DNA of 64,000 nucleotides from Candidatus Fervidifonticultor secundus. GTDB lineage: Bacteria > Sysuimicrobiota > Sysuimicrobiia > Sysuimicrobiales > Humicultoraceae. The notes beneath the pieces are model-generated. The model was not told where the DNA came from. It searched no databases and saw only the letters and a program-made list of their open reading frames with translations. Positions 50,178 to 60,570 of this stretch are shown in pieces. Every line of letters begins with the position of its first letter. Position 1 is the stretch's first letter. The DNA lies in contig JAVKIP010000003.1 of NCBI GenBank assembly GCA_031459385.1, positions 133,192 through 197,191 on the forward strand, given 5' to 3'. A program made the position numbers and the translations under genes.

Positions 50178-52337
50178 ATGAGCAGACCGGCCATCACGCT
50201 GGACGACGTCCTGGCGATCCAGTTCACCTCGGCCCACGCCTGGTCCCCGGATGGCCAGGAGGTCGGCTACATCAACGACGATGGCGGCCACTACACGCTG
50301 CGCGTCGTGCAAGTCTCCACTGGCACCATCACCCAGGTCTCGCGCGGCGACGCGCCGGTGGACGCCTTCGCGTGGGGGCCCGACGGGCGCCTGGCATACG
50401 CGCAGGGCGGGCGGATCGTCGTAGCGTCGCGTGACGCTGCTGGAGGGTGGCGGGGCCGCGAGGTCTACGCCAGCACCTCCCAGCCGGCCAGCGGCGTGGC
50501 CTGGTCACCGCAAGGGCCACTGGCGTTCGTGGCCGGGCAGCGGCTCTGGCTGTGGGACGACGCCGTCCCTGCCCTGCGCGAGCTGCCGGTCCCCGGGCGC
50601 GTGCGGGCGCTGCACCACCAGCCGGCCGTCGTGTGGGCGCCCGACGGGTCGGCCCTGGCCGCGACCTTCGAGGAAGACGGCCGGTGGGACCTGGCGGTGG
50701 TGACGCCGGCGGGCGCGCTGCTGTGGCGGTCGCGCACCGAGAACCTGGAGGGCCCGGCGACGTGGCTGCGAGGGGACCGGCTGCTCTTCGCGCGACCCTC
50801 GGTCGCGTACACGGCGCGCGAGTGGTGCGTGCTGGACCTGCCTGGCGGTGGTGCGCCCCGCATCGTGCACCGCGAAGACGAGCCCGAGGGGCTGGGCGCG
50901 CCCTTTGCGGCCCAGGCGCTCCCCGACGGCAGGCGGGCCGTGCTGGTGCTCCGGCACGAGGGGTGGTGGCACCTCTACCTCCTCGACGTCGACACCGGCG
51001 CGCTCCGGGCGCTGACGCGCGGGGTCGGCGAAGACGTCGGGCACGCCTACGACCACCCGCGGGTGAGCCCGGACGGCCGCGAGGTGGCCTTCGCGTCGAA
51101 CCGGATCGACCTGGGGCTGCGGCACCTGTTCTGCGTCGACGTCGACAGCGGCCGGCTGCGCCAGGTGGTGACCGCGCACGGTACCAGCGTCGAGCCCGAG
51201 TGGTCGCCCGCGGGCGATCGCCTGGTCTTCAAGCACAGCACGGTCGAGCACGCGCCGGAGCTGTGGGTCGTCGATCGGGACGGAAGCCGCCTGCGGCGCC
51301 TCACCCGCTCGATGCCCGACGGGTGCGACCCGGCGCGCTTCGCGCGGCCGCGCCTGGTGGACACCCCGGGGCCCGGCGGCTGGCAGATCCCGGGCTACCT
51401 CCTCGCGCCCCGCACGCTGGTGCCCGGTCGGAGGTACCCCGCGCTCGTCTACGTCCACGGCGGCGGCATGCGCCAGATGCGCGAGGGGTTTCCGCCGCTG
51501 GAGGCCTACGCGTTCTTCTACGCCGTGTCGCTGTGGCTGGCGGAGCTGGGCGTGGTGTCGTACCTAGTCAACTACCGGGGGAGCATCGGCTACGGCAAGG
51601 CCTTCGAGCAGGGCAACGCGGGCGGCCTGGCCACCGTCGAGTGCGAGGACTGCGTGCGGGCGGGCGAGTGGCTCAAGACCCTTCCCTTCGTCGACGCCGC
51701 GCGCGTGGGCATCTGGGGGCTGTCGTACGGCGGGTGGCTGACACTGGCGGCGCTGACACGCTTCCCCGAGACGTTCGCGCTCGGGGTCAACATCGCCGGC
51801 ATCTGGGACTTCGACCGGTGGATGGCGTGGGCGAAGGGCGCGTTCCGGCCCGCCTACGACTACTTCCTGGGCCGGACCCGCGGGGAACGCGAGCAGCGCC
51901 CGGAGGTCTGGCGCCAGGCCTCGCCGCGGCACTGGGTCGCGCAGATGCGCGCGCCGCTGGTGAACTTCCACGGCACCCGCGACGAGGCCGTGCCCTTCGA
52001 GCAGCTGGACCTGATCGTGGCGGACTGCGTCGCCCACGGAAAGGTGTTCGAGACCCACTACTATCCCGGCGAGACGCACCTGTTCACGCACCGGGCGACC
52101 TGGCGCGACGCGCTCGGAAAGGTGCTGCGGGCGCTCCAGGACTACCTGGAGTGGAGCCCGGCGCCGCATGGCGTAGCAGCCCCGGCCCCGGAGGCTGCCC
52201 CCGCCCCGGAAGCCGTCCACGTCCCTGCGTCCGGCGCCGCGCGCCTGCACGCCGAGGCGCCTGTCGAGGAACCCGCGGCCGTCGAGGCGCTGGACGCGCT
52301 CGGGCTGCAGGCAGAGTACGGCGGCGAGGTATCGTAG
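50178..52337 (+). CDS. S9 family (prolyl oligopeptidase / acylaminoacyl) peptidase
   Basis: WSPDG beta-propeller repeats; VHGGG, NYRGS, GLSYGG nucleophile, HGTRDEAV, YPGETH. Confidence 0.92.
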   Translation: MSRPAITLDDVLAIQFTSAHAWSPDGQEVGYINDDGGHYTLRVVQVSTGTITQVSRGDAPVDAFAWGPDGRLAYAQGGRIVVASRDAAGGWRGREVYASTSQPASGVAWSPQGPLAFVAGQRLWLWDDAVPALRELPVPGRVRALHHQPAVVWAPDGSALAATFEEDGRWDLAVVTPAGALLWRSRTENLEGPATWLRGDRLLFARPSVAYTAREWCVLDLPGGGAPRIVHREDEPEGLGAPFAAQALPDGRRAVLVLRHEGWWHLYLLDVDTGALRALTRGVGEDVGHAYDHPRVSPDGREVAFASNRIDLGLRHLFCVDVDSGRLRQVVTAHGTSVEPEWSPAGDRLVFKHSTVEHAPELWVVDRDGSRLRRLTRSMPDGCDPARFARPRLVDTPGPGGWQIPGYLLAPRTLVPGRRYPALVYVHGGGMRQMREGFPPLEAYAFFYAVSLWLAELGVVSYLVNYRGSIGYGKAFEQGNAGGLATVECEDCVRAGEWLKTLPFVDAARVGIWGLSYGGWLTLAALTRFPETFALGVNIAGIWDFDRWMAWAKGAFRPAYDYFLGRTRGEREQRPEVWRQASPRHWVAQMRAPLVNFHGTRDEAVPFEQLDLIVADCVAHGKVFETHYYPGETHLFTHRATWRDALGKVLRALQDYLEWSPAPHGVAAPAPEAAPAPEAVHVPASGAARLHAEAPVEEPAAVEALDALGLQAEYGGEVS

Positions 52338-52434
52338 CGGCAGACCCTCGGGCGCGCTGCGGCGCGCGGCTGTAGTCGGGCATGGCTGTGGCATGGCTAT
52401 AATGTGGGGAGACGGCACCGCCGGGGGATGAGCG

Positions 52435-53454
52435 ATGGTGCTGGCGAGCCGGGCGATCCCGCCCGAAGTCCACGGAGGCGGCCGGTTCGTGATCCGGTCG
52501 GCAGACTTCGTCCCCGCGTACATCCGCACCTACGAAGAAGGTCGGCTGCGCGCGAAGGTCGAGGAAGCCCTGGAGGCGCTGCGCACCTGCCGGCTCTGCC
52601 CCCGCGACTGCGGGGTCGACCGCCTGGCCAACCGGTTCGCGGTGTGCAAGACGGGCCGATTTGCCCGGGTCTCGTCGTTCTTCCACCACTTCGGGGAAGA
52701 GGACGTGCTGCGCGGGTGGAACGGCTCGGGGACGATCTTCTTCGCGTGGTGCAATCTGCGTTGCGTCTTTTGCCAGAACTTCGAAACCAGCCAGATCGGT
52801 GAGGGCGTCGACGTCACGCCCGACCAGCTGGCCCGCATGATGCTGCAGCTCCAGGAGGAAGGGTGCCACAACATCAACTTCGTCACCCCAGAGCACGTCG
52901 TGCCGCAGATCCTGGAGGCGCTGCACCTGGCCGTGCAGCGCGGATTGCGCCTGCCGCTGGTCTACAACACCGGCGCCTACGACAGCGAGCACAGCATCCG
53001 GCTCATGGACGGCGTGGTGGACGTCTACATGCCCGACTTCAAGCTGTGGGACCGGGAGCGCAGCCGCCGCTACCTGCTGGCCCCCGACTACCCCGAGGCG
53101 GCGCGGCGGGTGATCCGCATGATGCACGAGCAGGTGGGCGTCCTCAAGGTCAACGAGGACGGCCTGGCCGTGCGCGGCGTGCTGGTGCGCCACCTGGTCA
53201 TGCCGGGGATGCTGGACGACACCCGCGAGATCATGGGCTACCTGGCCGGGCTGTCGCCCGACACCTACGTGAACGTCATGGACCAGTACTACCCGGCCTG
53301 GCGGGCGAAGACCGAGGAGCGCTTCCGCGACATCAACCGGCGGATCTCGCGCGCCGAACTGGAGCAGGCGTTTGCGCACGCCCGCGCGGCTGGCCTGTGG
53401 CGCTTCGACACCCGGTGGCGCCGCCTGCCCGCGACGGCGCTCGCCTGGGCGTGA
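52435..53454 (+). CDS. Radical SAM protein, PflX-like
   Basis: CRLCPRDC, HFGEE, GSGTIFF, CNLRCVFCQN, HNINFVTP, RHLVMPG. Confidence 0.9.
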   Translation: MVLASRAIPPEVHGGGRFVIRSADFVPAYIRTYEEGRLRAKVEEALEALRTCRLCPRDCGVDRLANRFAVCKTGRFARVSSFFHHFGEEDVLRGWNGSGTIFFAWCNLRCVFCQNFETSQIGEGVDVTPDQLARMMLQLQEEGCHNINFVTPEHVVPQILEALHLAVQRGLRLPLVYNTGAYDSEHSIRLMDGVVDVYMPDFKLWDRERSRRYLLAPDYPEAARRVIRMMHEQVGVLKVNEDGLAVRGVLVRHLVMPGMLDDTREIMGYLAGLSPDTYVNVMDQYYPAWRAKTEERFRDINRRISRAELEQAFAHARAAGLWRFDTRWRRLPATALAWA

Positions 53455-53464
53455 CGGCAGGGCC

Positions 53465-53773
53465 GTGAAGCTGGTCGACGCGCGCCGCCCGGCCGGCTTC
53501 TTCCGGCTCGTGGCGGGCACCGCACGCTCGCAGGCGGCCACCATGGTGCTGGCGCCGGGGCGGTCGACCGGCGGGGCGGACAACGTCCACGATGCCTCGG
53601 ACCAGTGGCTCTACGTGATCTCGGGTACGGGCGAGGCGGTCGTCGACGGCCGGCGCGTGACCCTGGCCCCCGGCGGGTTGCTGCTCATCGAGGCCGGCGA
53701 GCCGCACGAGATCCGCAACACCGGGCGCAGGGCGCTGGTGACGGTCAACGTCTACGCGCCGCCGGTGTATTGA
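53465..53773 (+). CDS. Cupin domain protein
   Basis: NVH..SDQWLYVISG, GEPHEIRNTG, NVYAPPVY. Confidence 0.85.
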   Translation: MKLVDARRPAGFFRLVAGTARSQAATMVLAPGRSTGGADNVHDASDQWLYVISGTGEAVVDGRRVTLAPGGLLLIEAGEPHEIRNTGRRALVTVNVYAPPVY

Positions 53774-53862
53774 ACCTGGCCGGGACCTCAGGCCGCGCAC
53801 CACCCGTCACGCGTCGCCCTCTCCGTGCTGCCCCGACCATGCTGGGCAGGCCGCGCCCTGGC

Positions 53863-54408
53863 TCAGGCGTGGCTTGCCGCCACCCGCCGCGCAGCCAGCG
53901 CCCGGATCACCTCGCGGCAGAACGCCGGCAGGTCGGGCGGCGTGCGAGACGAGATCAGGGTGCCATCGACGACGACCTCCTGGTCCACCCAGGTCGCGCC
54001 GGCGTTGACCAGGTCGTCTTTGATGGCCCCTACGCTGGTGACGGTGCGGCCGCGGACGATACCGGCCGAGATCGGCACCCAGCCGGCGTGGCAGATGAAT
54101 GCCACCACCTTTCCCGCCTCGTGGAGGCCGCGCACGAACGCCAGCATCGCCTTGTGACGGCGCATGCGGTCGGGCGCGTACCCGCCGGGAATCACCACGC
54201 CATCGAACGCCTCGGGCCGCGCGTCGTCCATACCGAGGTCGGCCTTCACCGGGTAGCCGTACTTGCTCTTGTAGGTCTCGCCGGCCCGGGGGCCGACGAT
54301 CGTGACGGTAGCGCCAGCCTCGCGCAACCGCAGCACCGGGTACCACAGTTCGAGGTCTTCGTAAAGGTCCTCGGCCAGGACGGCCACCTGCAGTCCTTTC
54401 AGATCCAC
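53863..54408 (-). CDS. PfpI/DJ-1 family protein (type 1 glutamine amidotransferase-like)
   Basis: YEDLELWYP, IPGGYAPD, ICHAGW, SRTPPDL. Confidence 0.92.
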   Translation of the reverse strand: MDLKGLQVAVLAEDLYEDLELWYPVLRLREAGATVTIVGPRAGETYKSKYGYPVKADLGMDDARPEAFDGVVIPGGYAPDRMRRHKAMLAFVRGLHEAGKVVAFICHAGWVPISAGIVRGRTVTSVGAIKDDLVNAGATWVDQEVVVDGTLISSRTPPDLPAFCREVIRALAARRVAASHA

Positions 54409-54582
54409 CGCGTCCTCACCTCCGGGCCGACCGGCACGTCTGGATCGCGCCGGGGCCCGGAGAGGCTTTGGACGCAGCGCGAGGGCGTTCCTGCGCGTCG
54501 CCAACGCCGGGAGGCACGGCCGGAGGCACGGCCCCCTGGGAGTTGGTGACGGCTGGTCAGCGGTGTGCGTGCTGCCGGCGGG

Positions 54583-55509
54583 TTAGGGGTTCAGCACACC
54601 CTGGAGGAAGCGCAAGAACTCCAGAGCGTAGTCGGGCTCGCTGATGCCGAAGACACGCTCGAACGCTGCCCAGCGGCCGTCGACACGCGCGGCCGTGCAG
54701 TACGCGTCCAGTGCCTGGGGCCCGCCGGTCCGCTCGATGAGACGTTCCACCGCCAGGAGGGCCACGCCGTAGGTGGCCGGTGATCCCCGCGCCTGGACCA
54801 GCCGGGCCCACTCCTGCCGGTCGAGCTGCACCAGCGTGGGAATAACGGTGCGCTGGTAGGTCCGCCGGATGACCTCCAACCGCTCGGCCCGCTGCGCCGC
54901 GTAGGGGCGCAGCTGGGCCAGGTCCACCGTGCGGAACCCCGCCCATTCGGCCCACCCCTCCGTGACCCACGAGGGCACGGCGCCGGGACAGAGCTTGACC
55001 GCTCCCTGCACGATGTGGGTCAGCTCATGGGACACGTGGCGGACCGCGACGATGCGGTCGGGCCCGCCAGGTCCAAACCGGTCGAGCCGGGTGAACACGT
55101 AGTTGCCGGTGCGGTCGCGAATGGCCCGGCCCGTGCTCCACACCAACGCCTCGGCGCGCTCACGGGAGTAGCCCAGCAGCGTCTGGTAGCCTTCGAGGAG
55201 GGCCGTCTGGTCCGGAAACAGAACGTATCGGACCGTCTGGCCGGCAAGCCCCAACCCTTCTGTCTCCATGATGGGCAGCGCGGTCTTCACGGCATCTTCG
55301 AAGAGCGCGCGTACCCGCTCGGGCACCCCCCGCCACGCCTCGACGGCGACAGGAAGCTGCGCGATCGCAGGCCAGCCCACGACCGCCACGGCTGCGGCCA
55401 GTGCCGCGATCAGCGCCCGGGAGCCTCGCCCCACCCTCGTCCCCAGACGCCCTGCGGCCGCCGGCGTCGCTGCAGCGCGGTTCTCCTGGTGACGTTCGTC
55501 CGTCATCAC
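54583..55509 (-). CDS. Secreted putative zinc metallopeptidase (peptidase MA-like)
   Basis: Hydrophobic N-terminal segment; HELTH followed by WVTEGWAEW. Confidence 0.7.
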   Translation of the reverse strand: MMTDERHQENRAAATPAAAGRLGTRVGRGSRALIAALAAAVAVVGWPAIAQLPVAVEAWRGVPERVRALFEDAVKTALPIMETEGLGLAGQTVRYVLFPDQTALLEGYQTLLGYSRERAEALVWSTGRAIRDRTGNYVFTRLDRFGPGGPDRIVAVRHVSHELTHIVQGAVKLCPGAVPSWVTEGWAEWAGFRTVDLAQLRPYAAQRAERLEVIRRTYQRTVIPTLVQLDRQEWARLVQARGSPATYGVALLAVERLIERTGGPQALDAYCTAARVDGRWAAFERVFGISEPDYALEFLRFLQGVLNP

Positions 55510-55573
55510 TCACCCCCAGGCTCGTCACGGGTCGAACCGGCCCAGCACATCCTCATCGTCTCCCCAGCCCGCG

Positions 55574-56806
55574 TCAGTCACCCAGCGCGGCGACCATTAC
55601 GCGCCGCGCCTGGGGCGCGTCGGCGGGCAGGCGCAGCGCGACCACGGCCGCCAGCGCCGCCACCGCCGCGCACGCGTAGATCACCGCGCCGAGCCCGGCG
55701 CCGTCCGCCAGGACGCCGAACGGCGTCGCCGCCAGCGAGGCGGTACCCGAGGCGGCCAGCACGAGCCCGCCCCCCAGCCCCGTGCGGCGCGGCAGGTACT
55801 CCTGCGACATCACCAACGTGATTGGCACCGACCCCATCGAGGCGCTGCCGACCAGGAACAGCACGGCCCACATCACCGGCCCGCGCAGGACCGGCAGCGT
55901 CAGGGTGAGGAGGCAGAACGCGGCCACGGTAGCCACCAGCACGCCGCGCCGGCTCCACCGGTCGGCGAGTCGCCCGATCACCGGCCCGGCCACGATACCC
56001 GAAACGAGCAGCAGCGACAGCGACAGGGAGGCGACCGTACGGCTCATGCCCGCCACGTCGATCAGGTAGGCAGGGTAGAAGACCGTCAGCGACTGGTGCG
56101 CGGCGGCCCGCAGGAGCACCACCGCGAAGAGCGTGCGGTAGTCGCCCCAGCGGTCGGCGCTGTCGGCGGCATCGGCGCCGGCGCGGGTCGCCGCGAAGGG
56201 CAGCACGCGGGCGCTGGCCAGCCACAGGGCCGCGGCCACGGGCAGCGCCCCGGCGATCCACCACCGCATCCCGGCCAGCCCGAACGTCCCGGCGATGGCG
56301 CCGACCAGCGCCGGGCCCAGCGCCCAGCCCACGCTGCCGCCCACCGTGAAGTACGACATCGCCGTCGCGCGGCGCTCGCCGCCCAGCCGGTGCATCGTGC
56401 GCAGCGCTTCCGGGTGGAACATCGCCGAGCCCAGGGCAACGAGCCCGAGCGCCAGCGCGGCGGCAGTCGCGCTCGTGACGAACCCTGTGAGACTCAGGCC
56501 GAGGGCCGCCAGGGCGCCGCCTGCAGCCGCGGTCCAGGGCCGGCGTCGGGCGTCGGCCAGCAGGCCGAAGAGCACCTGGGCGACGGCCCCGCCCAGGGCG
56601 GACGCCGTGACGATGGCGCCCAGCACGGTGTACGAGAGGCCGAGCTGCGCACGGAAGAACTGCACCAGCGCCGGCTTGGCGCCCGCGCCCGCGTCGACGG
56701 TCGCATGGGTGACGATCAGGGCCACGGCGTACAGCGCGGCCAGACGCGCCGGGCGCCGCCCGGCGTCCCGGACGCCCGCCTCTGCGTCCGCGGGGGGTGC
56801 ACGCAT
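55574..56806 (-). CDS. MFS transporter (Fsr-like)
   Basis: THATVD, GLLADARRR, MFHPE, GRLADRWSRR; many TM segments. Confidence 0.88.
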   Translation of the reverse strand: MRAPPADAEAGVRDAGRRPARLAALYAVALIVTHATVDAGAGAKPALVQFFRAQLGLSYTVLGAIVTASALGGAVAQVLFGLLADARRRPWTAAAGGALAALGLSLTGFVTSATAAALALGLVALGSAMFHPEALRTMHRLGGERRATAMSYFTVGGSVGWALGPALVGAIAGTFGLAGMRWWIAGALPVAAALWLASARVLPFAATRAGADAADSADRWGDYRTLFAVVLLRAAAHQSLTVFYPAYLIDVAGMSRTVASLSLSLLLVSGIVAGPVIGRLADRWSRRGVLVATVAAFCLLTLTLPVLRGPVMWAVLFLVGSASMGSVPITLVMSQEYLPRRTGLGGGLVLAASGTASLAATPFGVLADGAGLGAVIYACAAVAALAAVVALRLPADAPQARRVMVAALGD

Positions 56807-56933
56807 GGGTGGACAGCGAGACACTTTCGCACCGGCCCGCGGAGATCCCTGCGGAGGCCAGCCCCGCGAGGAGTGCACCCGCGTGCGGCAGAACCATGCT
56901 TTCCGAACCCATCACCGGCAGCGCGGAGCCTGT

Positions 56934-58133
56934 ATGTCCACACCGCGGCCGCTCGACGGCCTGCTCGTGCTCGACCTCTCGACCATCGTCTCGGGCGGGA
57001 CGACCACGTCGGTGCTGGCCGACTTCGGCGCGCGCGTGATCAAGGTCGAGCACCCACGGGGCGGTGACCCGCTGCGGGCGTGGGGGCCGGCGCGCGACGG
57101 CGTGTCGCTGTGGTGGAAGGTGCTCTCGCGCAACAAGGAGTCGATCACCCTCGACCTGCGCGCTCCGCGCGGCCAGGAGTTGCTGCGGGCGCTGGCCGCC
57201 CGGGCGGATGCCCTGGTCGAGAACTTCCGGCCGGGCACGCTGGAGCGCTGGCACCTGGGCCCCGAGGTCCTGGAGGCGATAAACCCCCGGCTCGTGGTGG
57301 TCCGCATCTCGGGCTTCGGGCAGACCGGGCCGTACCGCGACCGGCCAGGTTTCGGCACTATCGCCGAGGCGATGAGCGGCTACGTCGCGCTGTCCGGGTT
57401 CCCTGACGGCCCGCCCCTGCTGCCGCCGATGCCCCTCGCCGACGAGGTCTGCGGGCTGCTGGGCGCCGCCGCGGTGCTGGCGGCGATCCACTACCGTGAC
57501 CACGGCGGCGGCCGCGGCCAGGTCATCGACCTTAGCCTCTACGAGCCGCTGTTCCGCCTCCTGATCCCCTACATCCCGCAGTGCGCGCTGCTGGGTCAGG
57601 TGCAGCAGCGCACCGGCAACCGCTTCCCGGGCGCGGCCCCCCGCAATCTGTACCAGGCCGGCGACGGCGAGTGGGTCGCGATCTCGGCCACCAGCCAGCG
57701 CACGTTCGAGCGCCTGGCGCAGGCCATGGGCCGGCCGGATTTGATCGTCGACCCGCGCTTCGCCGACAACGCGGGGCGCATCGCACACGCCGACGCCCTC
57801 GATGCCATCATCCAGGACTGGATGCGCGCGCTGCCGCTCGACGAGGTCCTCCGTCGGCTCGGCGACGCCGAGGCCGTCGCCGGCCCGGTCTACGACACGC
57901 GACGGATCCTGGCCGACCCGCACTACGCCGCCCGCGAGGACGTCGTCACCGTGGCCGACGACGAACTGGGCGCGATTCCCATGCCCGCGGTGATCCCCAG
58001 GTTCTCCCGCACCCCAGGGCAGGTAGCCTTCGCCGGCCCGCCGCTTGGGGCCCACAACGACCGCGTCTACGGCGACATGCTCGGGCTCACCCGGGAGGAG
58101 ATGGCGCGCCTGCACGCGGAAGGGGTGATCTGA
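56934..58133 (+). CDS. CaiB/BaiF family III CoA-transferase
   Basis: PLDGLLVLDL, LADFGARVIKVE, RNKESITLDL, ENFRPG, ISGFGQTGPY. Confidence 0.93.
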   Translation: MSTPRPLDGLLVLDLSTIVSGGTTTSVLADFGARVIKVEHPRGGDPLRAWGPARDGVSLWWKVLSRNKESITLDLRAPRGQELLRALAARADALVENFRPGTLERWHLGPEVLEAINPRLVVVRISGFGQTGPYRDRPGFGTIAEAMSGYVALSGFPDGPPLLPPMPLADEVCGLLGAAAVLAAIHYRDHGGGRGQVIDLSLYEPLFRLLIPYIPQCALLGQVQQRTGNRFPGAAPRNLYQAGDGEWVAISATSQRTFERLAQAMGRPDLIVDPRFADNAGRIAHADALDAIIQDWMRALPLDEVLRRLGDAEAVAGPVYDTRRILADPHYAAREDVVTVADDELGAIPMPAVIPRFSRTPGQVAFAGPPLGAHNDRVYGDMLGLTREEMARLHAEGVI

Positions 58134-58135
58134 CC

Positions 58136-59026
58136 ATGCCGCCAGGGGGTCCCGCATCAGGCGCTGCCGTCGCCCGCCCGCGCCGCAGCCTGCTCTTCGT
58201 GCCGGCCGACCAGCCGCTGAAGCTCCGCAAGGCCGCCACCGTCCCCTGCGACGGCGTCATCCTGGACCTGGAAGACGGCGTGGCGCCGGGCCGCAAGGCC
58301 GACGCGCGCGCAGGGGCGCTCGAGGCCCTGCGCGACCTGCCGCTCGCCCCGCGCGAGCGCCTGGTGCGGATCAACGCGCTTGCGTCGCCGTGGGGGCACG
58401 ACGATCTCGCCGCCGTGCGCACCGCCGACGTCCTGCCCGACGTGGTGGTCATCCCTAAGGTGCAGGGCCCCGACGACGTGCGGGCGGTGGCGCGCGCCCT
58501 GGCGGGCACCGGGGTCGGCCTGCTCCCGCACATCGAGAGCGCGCGCAGCCTGCTGCGTGCCGCCGAGATCGCGGGGTGCTGCGAAGAGGTGGTGGGCCTG
58601 TTCTTCGGCGCCGGCGACCTGCTGGTGGAAACCGGCGGGCAGCGCACGCCGCTGTCGCTGCTCTACCCCCGGTCGGTGGTGGCGACCGCCGCGGCCGCCG
58701 CCGGGGTCGTCGCCATCGACACCCCGTGGTTCCGCCTGGGCGATCTCGTCGGCCTCGAAGACGACGCGCGCGACGCCGCCGACCTCGGCTTCGCCGGCAA
58801 GGCCGCCATCCACCCCGAACAGATCGACGTGATCAACCGCGTCTTCACGCCCTCGCCCGAGCGGGTCGCGTGGGCCGAGCGCGTGCTGGACGTGGCGGCC
58901 CGACAGACCGCCGGCGCCTGGGTGGTCGACGGGGAGATGGCAGATGCGATGACGGTACGCGTGGCAAAGCGGATCGTGGCGGCGGCGCGGGCGCTGGGGG
59001 TGCAGGGTGAGGCCGACGATGGGTAG
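58136..59026 (+). CDS. CitE/HpcH-family CoA-ester lyase
   Basis: RSLLFVP, DLEDGV, VRIN, IPKV, GKAAIHPEQI. Confidence 0.92.
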   Translation: MPPGGPASGAAVARPRRSLLFVPADQPLKLRKAATVPCDGVILDLEDGVAPGRKADARAGALEALRDLPLAPRERLVRINALASPWGHDDLAAVRTADVLPDVVVIPKVQGPDDVRAVARALAGTGVGLLPHIESARSLLRAAEIAGCCEEVVGLFFGAGDLLVETGGQRTPLSLLYPRSVVATAAAAAGVVAIDTPWFRLGDLVGLEDDARDAADLGFAGKAAIHPEQIDVINRVFTPSPERVAWAERVLDVAARQTAGAWVVDGEMADAMTVRVAKRIVAAARALGVQGEADDG

Positions 59027-59074
59027 GATCACTGCGCGTACGGCGCACCGCCGCCGCGCTCGGATCGGGCGGCG

Positions 59075-59917
59075 ATGCGCACCCTGACCGTCGACGCCGT
59101 CACCCGGGCCATCGCCGACCTCTGCGTCGAGGTCAACCACCGGATGCAGCCGGACATGCTGGCGGCGCTGGAGCGGGCGCGCGACGCGGAGGTTTCGCCC
59201 GTGGGCCGGCGGGTGCTGGAGCAGATCCTGGACAATGCGCGGGTCGCGCGCGAGCAGTGGTACCCGCTCTGCCAGGACACGGGGCAGGCGGTCGTCTTCG
59301 TGGACCTGGGCCAGGACGTCCGGGTCACCGGCGGCAGCCTGGCGGAGGCGATCCAGGAAGGCGTGCGCCGGGGGTACGCCGAGGGCTACCTGCGCCGCTC
59401 CGTGGTCCGCGACGCCCTGCGGCGCGAGAACACGGGCGACAACACGCCGGCGGTCGTCTACTTCGACGTCACGCCGGGCGACCGCGTGCGGATCGGCTTC
59501 ATCGCCAAGGGTGCGGGCTGCGACAACGCCAGCCGCGCGGCCATGCTGACGCCCGCAGCGGGCAGGCAGGGCATGGAAGCCTTCGTCGTCGAGACGGTCG
59601 ACCAGGCAGGTCCGAACGCCAGCCCGCCGGTGGTGGTCGGCGTGGGCCTGGGCGGGACGTTCGAGAAAGCGGCGCTGCTGGCCAAGCGGGCGCTGCTGCG
59701 GCCGGTGGGACAGCCGTCGCCCGACCCGGAGCTGGCGGCGCTCGAGGCCCGCCTGCTGGACCGCATCAACGCCCTGGGCATCGGCCCGGCGGGCTTCGGT
59801 GGCAGCGTAACCGCGCTCGCGGTGCACGTGGAGGGGTATGCCACGCACATCGCGAGCTTCCCGGTGGCGGTGAACCTCGACTGCCACTCACACCGGGCGA
59901 AGACGGTCGAGCTGTGA
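59075..59917 (+). CDS. Class I fumarate/tartrate hydratase alpha subunit
   Basis: PLCQDTG, YLRRSVV, NTGDNTPA, KGAGCDN, GIGPAGFGG, HIASFPVAVNLDCH. Confidence 0.93.
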   Translation: MRTLTVDAVTRAIADLCVEVNHRMQPDMLAALERARDAEVSPVGRRVLEQILDNARVAREQWYPLCQDTGQAVVFVDLGQDVRVTGGSLAEAIQEGVRRGYAEGYLRRSVVRDALRRENTGDNTPAVVYFDVTPGDRVRIGFIAKGAGCDNASRAAMLTPAAGRQGMEAFVVETVDQAGPNASPPVVVGVGLGGTFEKAALLAKRALLRPVGQPSPDPELAALEARLLDRINALGIGPAGFGGSVTALAVHVEGYATHIASFPVAVNLDCHSHRAKTVEL

Positions 59918-59991
59918 GCGGTGCGAACATCGAGCTGTGAGCGACGCCGGACCGCCAACGACGCCGGTCGAACGGTGCGCGGAGCCGACCT

Positions 59992-60570
59992 GTGACCAAC
60001 GCGGAGCCCGTTGAGCTGACCACGCCGCTGGCCGACGACGCGGTGGCGCGCCTGCACGCCGGCGACCACGTGCTGCTGTCGGGCGTCGTCTACACGGCGC
60101 GCGACGCCGCCCACGAGCGCCTGGCAGGCCTGCTGGCCCGCGGCGAGGCGCTCCCGGTCGACCTGCGAGGCCAGGTGCTCTACTACTGCGGGCCGACCCC
60201 GCCGCGGCCCGGGCGCCCCATCGGGGCCGCGGGCCCGACCACGGCGACGCGCATGGACCCGTACACGCCCGCGCTGCTGGCGCTGGGCCTGCGAGGGATG
60301 ATCGGCAAGGGCCGCCGCGGGCCGGAGGTGCGCGCAGCGCTGGCGCGCTACCGCGCCGTCTACTTCGCGGCGGTGGAAGGCACCGCCGCGTTGCTGGGAC
60401 AGAGGGTGCGCGCGGCCGAGGTCGTCGCCTTCCCCGACCTCGGCCCCGAGGCGATCTACCGGCTCGAGGTGGACCGGTTCCCCGTCGTCGTCGCCAACGA
60501 CATCTATGGCCAGGACGTCTACGACCTGGGACGGCGGCAGTACGCGCGGCCGCCGGCGGCGCCAGGGTGA
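59992..60570 (+). CDS. Class I fumarate/tartrate hydratase beta subunit
   Basis: TARDAAH, YYCGP, GPTTATRM, MIGKG, DLGPEAI. Confidence 0.93.
   Translation: MTNAEPVELTTPLADDAVARLHAGDHVLLSGVVYTARDAAHERLAGLLARGEALPVDLRGQVLYYCGPTPPRPGRPIGAAGPTTATRMDPYTPALLALGLRGMIGKGRRGPEVRAALARYRAVYFAAVEGTAALLGQRVRAAEVVAFPDLGPEAIYRLEVDRFPVVVANDIYGQDVYDLGRRQYARPPAAPG

Noticed and set aside
52179..52214. APAPEA tandem repeat in the S9 peptidase C-terminal tail
   Set aside because: Two copies of a low-complexity linker; no evidence of function.
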